DNA from: Candidatus Krumholzibacteriia bacterium
GTDB lineage: Bacteria > Krumholzibacteriota > Krumholzibacteriia > LZORAL124-64-63
Assembly (NCBI GenBank): GCA_024762975.1
Contig: JANTGJ010000004.1
Location: 2,002-66,001, forward strand
Length of the DNA: 64,000 nt
Direction of reading: 5' to 3'
Shown: one piece after another, positions 50,801 through 57,420 of the stretch
How the letters are laid out: every line of letters starts with the position of its first letter
How positions within the stretch are numbered: the stretch's first letter is position 1
The notes under the pieces: generated by a model
What the model saw: only the letters and a program-made list of their open reading frames with translations
Database searches by the model: none
Told to the model about the DNA's origin: nothing
Position numbers and translations under genes: made by a program

Positions 50801-50972
50801 CCCGCGGGCGGCCTACCACGCCGCGGCCTGCTACAGCCTGGCGGGTATGACGCGAGAGTCAGCCCAGTGGATGCAGTTCTGCCTCGATCGGGGATTGATG
50901 AAGCGATCGGACTTCGAGAGCCACGAATGGTTCGAGAATCTACGGGCCTCGGCCGATTGGCCGGATCGCTAG
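47808..50972 (+). CDS. fused polytopic membrane / spermidine synthase-like methyltransferase-fold / TPR protein
   Basis: N-terminus LFTLSGVSGLIYELAWIRLLSHLLGGTSFAISTVLAAFMGGLALGS with about 12 TM helices. Central spermidine-synthase-like block (SVGLGSGITLGS...IGDGVQFL...YDIISSD). C-terminal TPRs. Confidence 0.8.
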   Translation: MKRSTALILLLFTLSGVSGLIYELAWIRLLSHLLGGTSFAISTVLAAFMGGLALGSRYFGDRADRWTGLLRTYAGLEFGIAALGALVYGLILLAPPLYASVASSLPAPAVAVLRVLIALLLLLPPTFLMGGTLPILARFVVRQADRLGRGLGLLYAVNTFGAVGGCFLTGFVLIPGIGLQGSVAIAVALNILIGVAVLIVARTAPAPSPAPETIEASTEESAPANQPTSTEATLRFGLLGTIFALSGFASLGYELYWTRGLQPFLGNSTYAFSAMLTTFLLGLAAGGWVGGRLADRSARPAALLGWVQIGAGASALATVLLIWGWLPVLGESNTLSHIGLSWTSYLMRRFVLAFGVMAVPTLLIGMTFPLVSRIGIVGLDRLGGGVGRLYFMNTLGSIAGSLVAGFVLLPLLSAQGALVGTALVNVALGLTLHALIRRPGSKQLPAAVAVAVVLAVSAPLAAGFGRAPLSDTQTESDRVLFDREDHAGHTRVYRKPSGDLHMSVDGFHIGGTEQSIIGKEKILAHLPLALRPEAKHTLSVGLGSGITLGSLATYSQLEMIECVEIVPGVVQGAEFFTAANRNVLRDPRVKIHIGDGVQFLLTSGDRYDIISSDSKLNPEYAGNGPLLALEYYELCRDRLTEDGVMVQWLASHLPISEMEVIVRGFATAFDHVAVYWLAPSNLVLAGSRQPLVMDLDAIRRYGEAPGSGADLRSLHLEDPYVMASLYLADRDRLLEVLGEGALNTWARPRIEFTMLKEFRRKSPVYHGADNLRWMKRLRDPSSLAVRGDYDPAVLAKYRASSAAVLDGYAAAGGVERVGPGLAIWQAAAQANPEDGLLASLIEIEMGAARSREEAVVGVPMDDPAALTSAAVTRMDQKRFTEALRLLDQALKLDDGSRAIRFNRLLALRGLQRGEDLARELAEFLKRYPKDPRGYDMSGRIAADARKLDEAEADFRAAVAREPESPQYQSNLAATLVQLQKFDEAAASFAAVAGIQPDFPRAAYHAAACYSLAGMTRESAQWMQFCLDRGLMKRSDFESHEWFENLRASADWPDR

Positions 50973-51062
50973 GCACTCGGCCGCACGTGGGCAGACCGGG
51001 TGCAGAGTGTCGAAATGACCCGACGATCAGCTCGGCCCCGGCGCCGTTCAGGAGATCCTTCC

Positions 51063-51404
51063 ATGCACGAGATGTCGATCGTAACCAGCATCCTGGATAT
51101 TGCCAGTGAGCGAGCCCGGCAAGCGAACGCGAAGGTCATCCAGGAGATTGAAGTCGAGGTGGGCGCTCTGGCCGGGATCGAGATCCCGGCGCTGGAGTTC
51201 TGTTTTCAGGCGGCTCGCGCCCACTCCATCGGTGAACAGGCGGAGCTGGTGATCCGTGAGGTACCCGGCCTGGGGCACTGTCCCGCCTGTGGCCAGGAAT
51301 CGACCATGGATTTCTATGCGGCGGTTTGTCCGGTATGCCACGATTCGGTGCTGGAGGTCCGGCAGGGGCGCGAAATGCGGGTTCTGTCCATTCGTGTCGA
51401 TTGA
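51063..51404 (+). CDS. hypA: HypA-like zinc-ribbon nickel metallochaperone (no other hyp/hydrogenase genes in window)
   Basis: Canonical N-terminus MHEMSI and CPACG...CPVCH zinc site, 113 aa. AGGAGA SD upstream of the ATG at 51063. Confidence 0.75.
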   Translation: MHEMSIVTSILDIASERARQANAKVIQEIEVEVGALAGIEIPALEFCFQAARAHSIGEQAELVIREVPGLGHCPACGQESTMDFYAAVCPVCHDSVLEVRQGREMRVLSIRVD

Positions 51405-51488
51405 GGCCGCTCCTGTGTGCGGGCAATTTCAATCTCGTTTATCATGTCGCCATTCTCGATATTCCCGAACCCCCACGAGGAGGACGTC

Positions 51489-52103
51489 ATGTCTGAAATG
51501 ATCAATGGGGTCCGCATCGGCCACCCGGTGCCGGATTTCCAGCTGAATTGCTACGATCCCCAGGCGCACGATTTCAAACCGGTCACATTGGCCGAGCAGA
51601 AGGACGCAGGCAAGTGGACGATCCTGTTCTTCTACCCCGCCGATTTCACCTTCGTATGAGCGACGGAGTTCGCTGCTCTGGCAGAGCAGCAGGATCGCTT
51701 CGAGAAGATGGGCGCAGCGCTCATCACCGTCTCCACCGACACCGAATTTACCCACCTGGCGTGGAAACGCGACGAGAAGGAATTGGCAGATGTCCAGTAC
51801 CTGATGGGCGCTGATCCGACCGGTACCGTCTCCAAACTCTTCGGCGTATACGATCCGGGTTCGGGCCTGGCGCTGCGGGGAACGTTCATCATCGCGCCGG
51901 ACGGCACGCTGTTCAATTCCGAGGTGAACTTCTACAACATGGGCCGCAACATCGACGAGTTGATGCGCAAGTTCAAGGCGAATCTCTACCTGGCCAGGAA
52001 GGCTGACGAGGGCTGCCCGTCGAAGTGGAAGGACGAGGGCGACAAGACGCTGCGTCCGGGGCCCGAAATGGTGGGCAAGGTGCACGAGGCGCTGAACGAC
52101 TAG
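51489..52103 (+). CDS. typical 2-Cys peroxiredoxin (AhpC/Prx1 type) with in-frame TGA (51657-51659) at the peroxidatic position: predicted selenocysteine-containing Prx
   Basis: Track ORFs 51417..51659 and 51708..52103 share a frame. Read-through gives FFYPADFTFV-U-ATEFAAL...TVSTDTEFTHLAW...LRGTFIIAPDG...EGCPSKW. The family motif is DFTFVCPTE and the resolving-Cys motif is present. GGAGGA SD lies 4 nt before the ATG at 51489. Confidence 0.85.
51672..51690 (+). promoter_or_regulatory. candidate bacterial SECIS hairpin
   Basis: GCUGCUC (51672-51678) pairs perfectly with GAGCAGC (51684-51690) around loop UGGCA. The stem begins 12 nt after the UGA. A possible 4-bp lower stem pairs GCGA (51660-51663) with UCGC (51695-51698). 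Confidence 0.55.
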
Positions 52104-52152
52104 CGCCCGTATCCACCTCACGCGACAAGCTCCACGAACCCGAATAAAAAAC

Positions 52153-52179
52153 AGCGACCCCGGAAAATCCGGGGTCGCT
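52153..52179 (-). terminator. rho-independent terminator of the small peptide gene (shared with the convergent Prx gene)
   Basis: AGCGACCCCGG (52153-52163) pairs with CCGGGGTCGCT (52169-52179). On the minus strand the hairpin is followed by GTTTTTTATT. Confidence 0.7.
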
Positions 52180-52206
52180 CTTCAAGCGCTGCAGTAGGTA
52201 ACTCGA

Positions 52207-52395
52207 CTAGTCGCCGAGCGGAAAATCCAACAGGCTCCAGAAACCGCCACGTCGGCCTCCGTGACCGCCATGACCACCTCGGCCACCGCGCCCGCCGCGT
52301 CGACCGCCCCGTCCCCCATAGCAGCCGAACACACCCAACTCGACCTTCTCGGTCGAGATTTCGGGTTTCTGATATTCCTTCTTGGTGCTGTCCAT
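52207..52395 (-). CDS. 62-aa Gly/Arg/His-rich small protein or peptide precursor, unknown family
   Basis: MDSTKKEYQKPEISTEKVELGVFGCYGGRGGRRGGRGGRGGHGGHGGRRGGFWSLLDFPLGD. GGAGGA SD lies 8 nt upstream of the ATG, with an intrinsic terminator downstream. Third-position GC bias is consistent with coding. Confidence 0.6.
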   Translation of the reverse strand: MDSTKKEYQKPEISTEKVELGVFGCYGGRGGRRGGRGGRGGHGGHGGRRGGFWSLLDFPLGD

Positions 52396-52469
52396 ATCGA
52401 ATGTCCTCCACGATGATCAGTGTTTTTGAGTCCAGATTTCAATAATAGCACCTTACATCATTATTTGCA

Positions 52470-52507
52470 CGAAATAATTCGGTTAAAATCAGTCCTGAAT
52501 TATTTCG
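52470..52507. promoter_or_regulatory. 11-bp perfect inverted repeat in AT-rich divergent promoter region (candidate operator)
   Basis: CGAAATAATTC (52470-52480) and GAATTATTTCG (52497-52507) are separated by 16 nt. They lie between the small peptide gene and the bacilliredoxin gene. Confidence 0.4.
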
Positions 52508-52690
52508 AATCTGTGACAACTTGTTAAATTGCAGAATGGTGGGGTGGAATCGCGTGTTCGACGCGGGGTTTGTCGTGAAATTGCGGAATAAAACTTGGCA
52601 AAAACGGTATTCTTTTCTAGTCATACCTGCAAATAGAAGTCCGTTCCGCGAAACGGATCCGAAAGAAATTCAGTCCAAGGAGAAGTCGAG

Positions 52691-53110
52691 ATGCCCTATC
52701 CCGAGCAGATGGTCGCCCCGATGCGCGCCGAGCTCACCGAGGTCGGCGTTCAGGAATTGCGTACGCCCGACGAGGTGGACCGCTATTTCGCCCGCAAGGA
52801 AGGTACCTCGTTGCTGTTGGTCAACAGCGTGTGCGGTTGCGCCGCTGGAAGCGCTCGTCCGGCACTCAAGGCGGCGTTGGAGCACGACAGTCGTCCCGAT
52901 CACGCAGCGACGGTATTTGCCGGCCAGGACCTGGAAGCGACCGAGCGCGCCCGTGAGATGATCGGCCCGGTGCCTCCGAGCAGCCCTTCGGTGGCTCTTT
53001 TCCGCGACGGTGAACTCGTCCACTTCCTGCCGCGTCACCTGATCGAGGGGCAGTCGGCCGAGGTGATCGCCCGTGAGTTGACTGCCGCATTCGACGAGTT
53101 CTGCAACTGA
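52691..53110 (+). CDS. BrxA/BrxB-family bacilliredoxin (YphP/YqiW, DUF1094)
   Basis: Near full-length similarity to B. subtilis YphP: VNSVCGCAAG active site, TVFAGQD, PSSPS.AL, VHF.PRH.IEG. Confidence 0.9.
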   Translation: MPYPEQMVAPMRAELTEVGVQELRTPDEVDRYFARKEGTSLLLVNSVCGCAAGSARPALKAALEHDSRPDHAATVFAGQDLEATERAREMIGPVPPSSPSVALFRDGELVHFLPRHLIEGQSAEVIARELTAAFDEFCN

Positions 53111-53147
53111 TCCGGCACGGTCCGGAATCCGAAACGAGGAAATCGAG

Positions 53148-53876
53148 ATGGGAACCTTTCATGATACCAGCGACCCGTTGCACGGAATCACCGTGGCGGT
53201 GACGATGAATGACAGCGTCGTCGTGGGGCGTTGCCATGAGCGGGACAGCGAAAAGGTCCTGCTGCTGGACGTTGACGAACACGCGGACGACGCGGGCGAG
53301 ATGCCACGCAGCGAGTACCTGGCGCGCGCTGCCCGTTTCGGCGTGTGGGCGAAGCACGAGCGCCTGTCCATCCCAGCCGGCGAGGTTCTGGAAATTCAAC
53401 CTCTCAGCAGCTACTACACGCGCCCGGGCGAGGCCGCCCAGCCCGAGATCGCTGGGGTCTCCCAATCGAAACCGGGAACCGAGGACTCTGCCCAGGCGAA
53501 GTCCGACGCGGTGACGGTCGAGATCGCCACGGAGGTGCCGGGCACCGTCCAGTCGGCCGTGAACCTGACGGCGGCCGCCGCGCAGGAAGTCCGTCGACTG
53601 ATCGCGGCGGGCGAGAACGAAGGCCCGGGACTGCGACTGGGTGTGGCCGGTGGTGGCTGCTCGGGACTGACCTACAAACTCGAATTTTCCGAGCCGCGCG
53701 ACAACGACGTCGTGGTGGCCCAGGACGGATTCGACGTATACCTCGATCCGAAGAGCTCGATCTATCTGCGGGATGTCACTCTGGACTATCAGGGCGGCCT
53801 GGGCGGCAAGGGGTTCCAGTTCAACAATCCCAATGCGACCAATACCTGCGGCTGCGGCGAGAGCTTCGCGGTCTGA
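53148..53876 (+). CDS. IscA/HesB/ErpA-type iron-sulfur cluster carrier with about 125-aa N-terminal extension
   Basis: C-terminal 105 aa: LRLGVAGGGCSGLTYKLEF...DPKSSIYL...NPNATNTCGCGESFAV. The N-terminal part has no recognised family. Confidence 0.85.
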   Translation: MGTFHDTSDPLHGITVAVTMNDSVVVGRCHERDSEKVLLLDVDEHADDAGEMPRSEYLARAARFGVWAKHERLSIPAGEVLEIQPLSSYYTRPGEAAQPEIAGVSQSKPGTEDSAQAKSDAVTVEIATEVPGTVQSAVNLTAAAAQEVRRLIAAGENEGPGLRLGVAGGGCSGLTYKLEFSEPRDNDVVVAQDGFDVYLDPKSSIYLRDVTLDYQGGLGGKGFQFNNPNATNTCGCGESFAV

Positions 53877-55612
53877 TGCAGCCGGTGCCCGAACCCGGCG
53901 GGCGGGTCGACTCGCGGACGGTCGCCCGGTCCGCACGCGAAATCGGTTTCTTTGCCGATTGGACCGCCACGCCCGGATGGGGAGCCCTGCTGATCGCCGG
54001 CCCCGATGCCACGAGTTTTCTGCACACTCAGTTGACCAGCGACATCGCACATCTGGAAGCGGGGAACTGCCAGGCCTCGGCGCGACTGACCCGTTCGGGT
54101 GGGCTGCTCGCGCACGGGACGGTGTATCGTCTGCCCGAGCGAGGCCAACCGTTCGCTTCCTTCCTGATGCTGCTGCCCCAGGCCGAGATTCCTTCACTGC
54201 TCGAAGACCTGGAAGCTTCGCGGATCAGCGAGAATCTGCTGCTCGAAGTCGCCACCGACCAGTTCGCCGGGTTGCTTCTACAGGGGCCCCAGGTATCGGC
54301 GATGCGTGCGGCGCTGGAACCGATTCCCGGTGCGTTGTGGATCGAAAATTCGTGGACCGGAGATCCGGGGGGGCTGCTGTTGGCGCCGTCTTTGGACGAT
54401 TCTGTTGCGTCGGCGGCGCGCCGGGCCGGACTCGTGGATCTGGATCGATGCGATGCGGGGGAAGAGGTGTGGCGCTGGCTTCTGCTGGAAGCGGGCACGC
54501 CGCGCGCCGGCTTCGACTTCCAGCCGGGGCGTACCCTGCTCCCAGCCACCGGCCTGGAGCAGAGCACGGTCAGCTGGACCAAGGGCTGCTATCGTGGACA
54601 GGAAGTCGTGGCCCGAATTCGCACCTATGGTTCGGTACCGCGCGCCTTGCGTGGTCTGTTGCTGCATGAGCCGATTCACCTGACCCCGGATCAGGTGCCC
54701 GTGGCCGGCGAAGCGCTGCTCACGGTTGAAGACGAGAAGATCGGATCCTGGGCTTCGGCCGGGTATTCCGCCCAGCACGACAAGGTCGTGGCGCTGGCCT
54801 ACCTGGACCGCGATCACCGCCGCTCCGGAGATCGGCTGCAACTTCAGGCCGGCGACCTGGACCTGGAGGCCGAGGTCGTCCCGTTGCCGCTGCACGCGGC
54901 GGCGCATGATGGGGAGCGGGCGGCGTCACTGCACCGTCGTGCTCTGCGGATTTTTCACGAGGGTGAGGATCGCCGGGCCGCATCGATGCTCGAGGAGGCC
55001 ATCCGGCTGGATCCACAGCTGGCCGACGCGTACGAGGCCCTGGGCGTGATCCTGGGCCGCGCGGAACGCTATCACGAGGCGATCGACGTTTTTCAGCGAT
55101 TGGCCGAGGTCGCCCCGCACGAACCGATGGTGTCCACGAATCTTTCGCTATTCTATATGAAGATCGGCGACAAGGAAGAGGCGGAGCGCCAGAAGGCGCA
55201 GGCCACCCTGATGCGTTTTGGCGGTGAAGAAAGTGTCGAAGAGCGCGCGATCCGTGAGGCTGAGGCGGCCTCCCATCGCCGTGCGGACGCCGAACGGCGA
55301 CAGACGATGTTCAGCGAAGTACTCGCGGCCGACCCCAAGGATGGGCTGGCGTTGATGGGCCTGGGCAACGCCCTGCTGGATCTGGATAATTTCGCTGCGG
55401 CCGAAGAGCATCTGCAACGCGCGCTGGAGGTGCAGCCGCAGAACAGCGCCCTGTATGTTTCGCGGGGGAAGGTACTCGAACGCCTCGACCGGGAGGCCGA
55501 GGCGCTGGATGTCTATCGTCGCGGTATCGAGGTCGCGTCCCGTAAGGGAGATCTCCTGCCGCTGAAGGAACTGGAACACCGTCTCTTCGTGCTCGAATCC
55601 ACCACGGACTGA
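53876..55612 (+). CDS. ygfZ: YgfZ/CAF17-type folate-binding protein fused to C-terminal TPR repeats
   Basis: GcvT-like fold with the signature TKGCYRGQEVVARI, followed by TPR repeats. The ATG at 53876 overlaps the preceding stop (TGATG). Confidence 0.8.
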   Translation: MQPVPEPGGRVDSRTVARSAREIGFFADWTATPGWGALLIAGPDATSFLHTQLTSDIAHLEAGNCQASARLTRSGGLLAHGTVYRLPERGQPFASFLMLLPQAEIPSLLEDLEASRISENLLLEVATDQFAGLLLQGPQVSAMRAALEPIPGALWIENSWTGDPGGLLLAPSLDDSVASAARRAGLVDLDRCDAGEEVWRWLLLEAGTPRAGFDFQPGRTLLPATGLEQSTVSWTKGCYRGQEVVARIRTYGSVPRALRGLLLHEPIHLTPDQVPVAGEALLTVEDEKIGSWASAGYSAQHDKVVALAYLDRDHRRSGDRLQLQAGDLDLEAEVVPLPLHAAAHDGERAASLHRRALRIFHEGEDRRAASMLEEAIRLDPQLADAYEALGVILGRAERYHEAIDVFQRLAEVAPHEPMVSTNLSLFYMKIGDKEEAERQKAQATLMRFGGEESVEERAIREAEAASHRRADAERRQTMFSEVLAADPKDGLALMGLGNALLDLDNFAAAEEHLQRALEVQPQNSALYVSRGKVLERLDREAEALDVYRRGIEVASRKGDLLPLKELEHRLFVLESTTD

Positions 55613-55635
55613 TTTCTCGACCCGTCGCGGGGTTG

Positions 55636-55878
55636 CTAGTAGCCGATTCCCGCCGCCTGCACCGCGCCGGGGTTATTCGCGCTACAGGGCGTCACGCCGT
55701 AGACCATGCCGCACTCGGGGCAGGAGGTCTCGAAGTGGGTCATCGTGAACGGCTTCTCGCAGTTCGAGCAGGTCAGCTCCAGGGCCATCGGGATCGGCAT
55801 CCGGGAGAACCCCATCATCCGAACCTTGTTTACGACCGCCTGGCCGCCCGCATCCGGTCCCGTACATCCATCGTGCAT
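55636..55878 (-). CDS. 80-aa zinc-ribbon protein, unknown function
   Basis: CSNC...17 residues...CPEC is a zinc-ribbon pattern. GGAGAG SD lies 5 nt upstream of the ATG at 55878. The upstream part of track ORF 55636..56121 looks non-coding. Confidence 0.45.
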   Translation of the reverse strand: MHDGCTGPDAGGQAVVNKVRMMGFSRMPIPMALELTCSNCEKPFTMTHFETSCPECGMVYGVTPCSANNPGAVQAAGIGY

Positions 55879-55954
55879 GATCGCTCTCCGTCTCTGAATC
55901 GTCCGAGTTGCCTGCCGGCCCTGCCGACTCTCGAGCCTAAAATAGACAATCAGG

Positions 55955-57400
55955 TCAAGAATTGCCAGCCGGACCTGCCTGAACCTGGAATCCCGCATCG
56001 GCGCAGAGCAGATCGAGGTGGCGGCCGAGGCGCCTGGCGAAGTGGGAGAATCCGGGACGGTCGGCCCCGGTCCACAAACACTCGGCCATCGCGCAAAGGC
56101 GCGGGAAAAGCATGAAATCAACGCGCTCCTGCGGGCAGCGTTCGGTCCAGAGATTCAACTGGCCCCCCAGAACGTGGTCCCGCTCGTCGTCGGACGCTTC
56201 GTTGGGGATGGGGTCAAAAGTGTAGACTTGCTGCAATGGCAACTGGTCGGCGGGGTAGTCGAAGTAGGCATGCGAGGTGGGAGAGACGACGGTGTCGTGT
56301 CCGGCCCGGATTGCTGCGAGCGCTCCTTCGTATCCGCGCCAGGAGTGCACCGTGGCCCCGGGTGCCAGGCCGCCCTCGAGAATCTCGTCCCAACCGATCA
56401 GTCGACGGCCGCGTTCGGACAGCCAGCGGTCGAAATGCCGCACGAACCAGCTCTGCAATTCGTTTTCGTCGGCCAGGCCCTCGGTGAGAATTCGTTTCTG
56501 GCAACGCGGGCATTCGCGCCAGCGATCCTTCGGCGCCTCATCGCCTCCGATGTGGATGAACCGTGAAGGGAAGAGATCCAGCACATGTTCGAGTACCTGC
56601 TCCAGAAATCGGAAGACCTGGTCGTTGCCGGCACAGTAGATCTCGGGAAAAACACCCCACCCGGTTTCGACCTCGAAGGGTCCTCCGGTGCACGACAACT
56701 GGGGATAGGCGGCCAGGGCGGCGGTGCAATGCCCCGGCAATTCGATCTCCGGCACGACGGTGATGCCCAGTCCGTCGGCGTGTTCGACAACGCGGCGAAC
56801 CTCTTCGGCCGTGTAGAATCCGCCGTACCGTGTGCCCTCCTGGCCCTGTCGCCAGGCGGCTACCTCGGTCAGTCCCGGCAGGCCCGGGACTTCGAGTCGC
56901 CAGCCCTGGTCTTCGGTCAGGTGCCAGTGCAACACGTTGAATTTGTGCAGCGCCAGGAGATCCAGGATGCGCAGGATGAAATCCGGTTCCATGTAGTGGC
57001 GGCAGCAGTCCAGCAGCATACCGCGCCAAACGAAAGCCGGACCGTCCTGAATGCGGCCGCAGGGGATATCGCATCCGCTCGCCGCGGCGGCCAGCAACCG
57101 GTCCCACGTCGTGCGGCCGTGGCGCAGGCCCGACTCTCCCGCTGCGCGCAGGATCACGAACCGCGGCGTGATCTCCAGGGTGTACTCCTCCGGCCCGCCC
57201 TCTTCGGCGGGTTCGGTATGGATCGGCAGTCCGGCGACCCGTTCGGCGGCAATCGTTTCCCCATCGGGCGACCAGTGCCGCGGGAAGGGAATCAGGGGGA
57301 GTTCAAGGGTCGGCACGGCGAGACCTTTCCCGTTGGAGGTGGGCGAACGAGCGAGTAACTTGGGGAGTCCGGCGGGGGCGCCGCCGGTCCGAACTCGCAC
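55955..57400 (-). CDS. GH20 beta-N-acetylhexosaminidase
   Basis: RGMLLDCCRHY, NVLHWHLTEDQGWR and FIHIGGDEAP catalytic blocks. No obvious signal peptide. The start is uncertain. Confidence 0.85.
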   Translation of the reverse strand: MRVRTGGAPAGLPKLLARSPTSNGKGLAVPTLELPLIPFPRHWSPDGETIAAERVAGLPIHTEPAEEGGPEEYTLEITPRFVILRAAGESGLRHGRTTWDRLLAAAASGCDIPCGRIQDGPAFVWRGMLLDCCRHYMEPDFILRILDLLALHKFNVLHWHLTEDQGWRLEVPGLPGLTEVAAWRQGQEGTRYGGFYTAEEVRRVVEHADGLGITVVPEIELPGHCTAALAAYPQLSCTGGPFEVETGWGVFPEIYCAGNDQVFRFLEQVLEHVLDLFPSRFIHIGGDEAPKDRWRECPRCQKRILTEGLADENELQSWFVRHFDRWLSERGRRLIGWDEILEGGLAPGATVHSWRGYEGALAAIRAGHDTVVSPTSHAYFDYPADQLPLQQVYTFDPIPNEASDDERDHVLGGQLNLWTERCPQERVDFMLFPRLCAMAECLWTGADRPGFSHFARRLGRHLDLLCADAGFQVQAGPAGNS

Positions 57401-57420
57401 CCTGATCTCCGGATTGTGCC

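Noticed and set aside
52207-52395. Lasso-peptide precursor interpretation of the small peptide, based on the KKxYxxPxI leader-like motif.
   Set aside because: There is no Thr at the penultimate leader position. The putative core has no Asp/Glu at positions 7-9 for macrolactam formation. No lasso cyclase, protease or RRE genes are in the window. I kept it only as a generic 'possible RiPP-like leader'.
52118-52451. Alternative overlapping minus-strand ORFs 52118..52411 (97 aa) and 52182..52451 (89 aa) in the peptide locus.
   Set aside because: The GTG start of the first lies on top of the SD used by the 62-aa frame, and this ORF runs through the terminator hairpin. The products are Arg/Trp-rich with no features. 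The 62-aa frame has the proper SD, ATG and terminator geometry.
53345-53875. N-terminal extension of track ORF 53345..55612, overlapping the IscA-like gene.
   Set aside because: It lies out of frame over a well-supported IscA domain and is Arg/Gly-rich. The YgfZ homology begins at the ATG at 53876, which overlaps the IscA stop.
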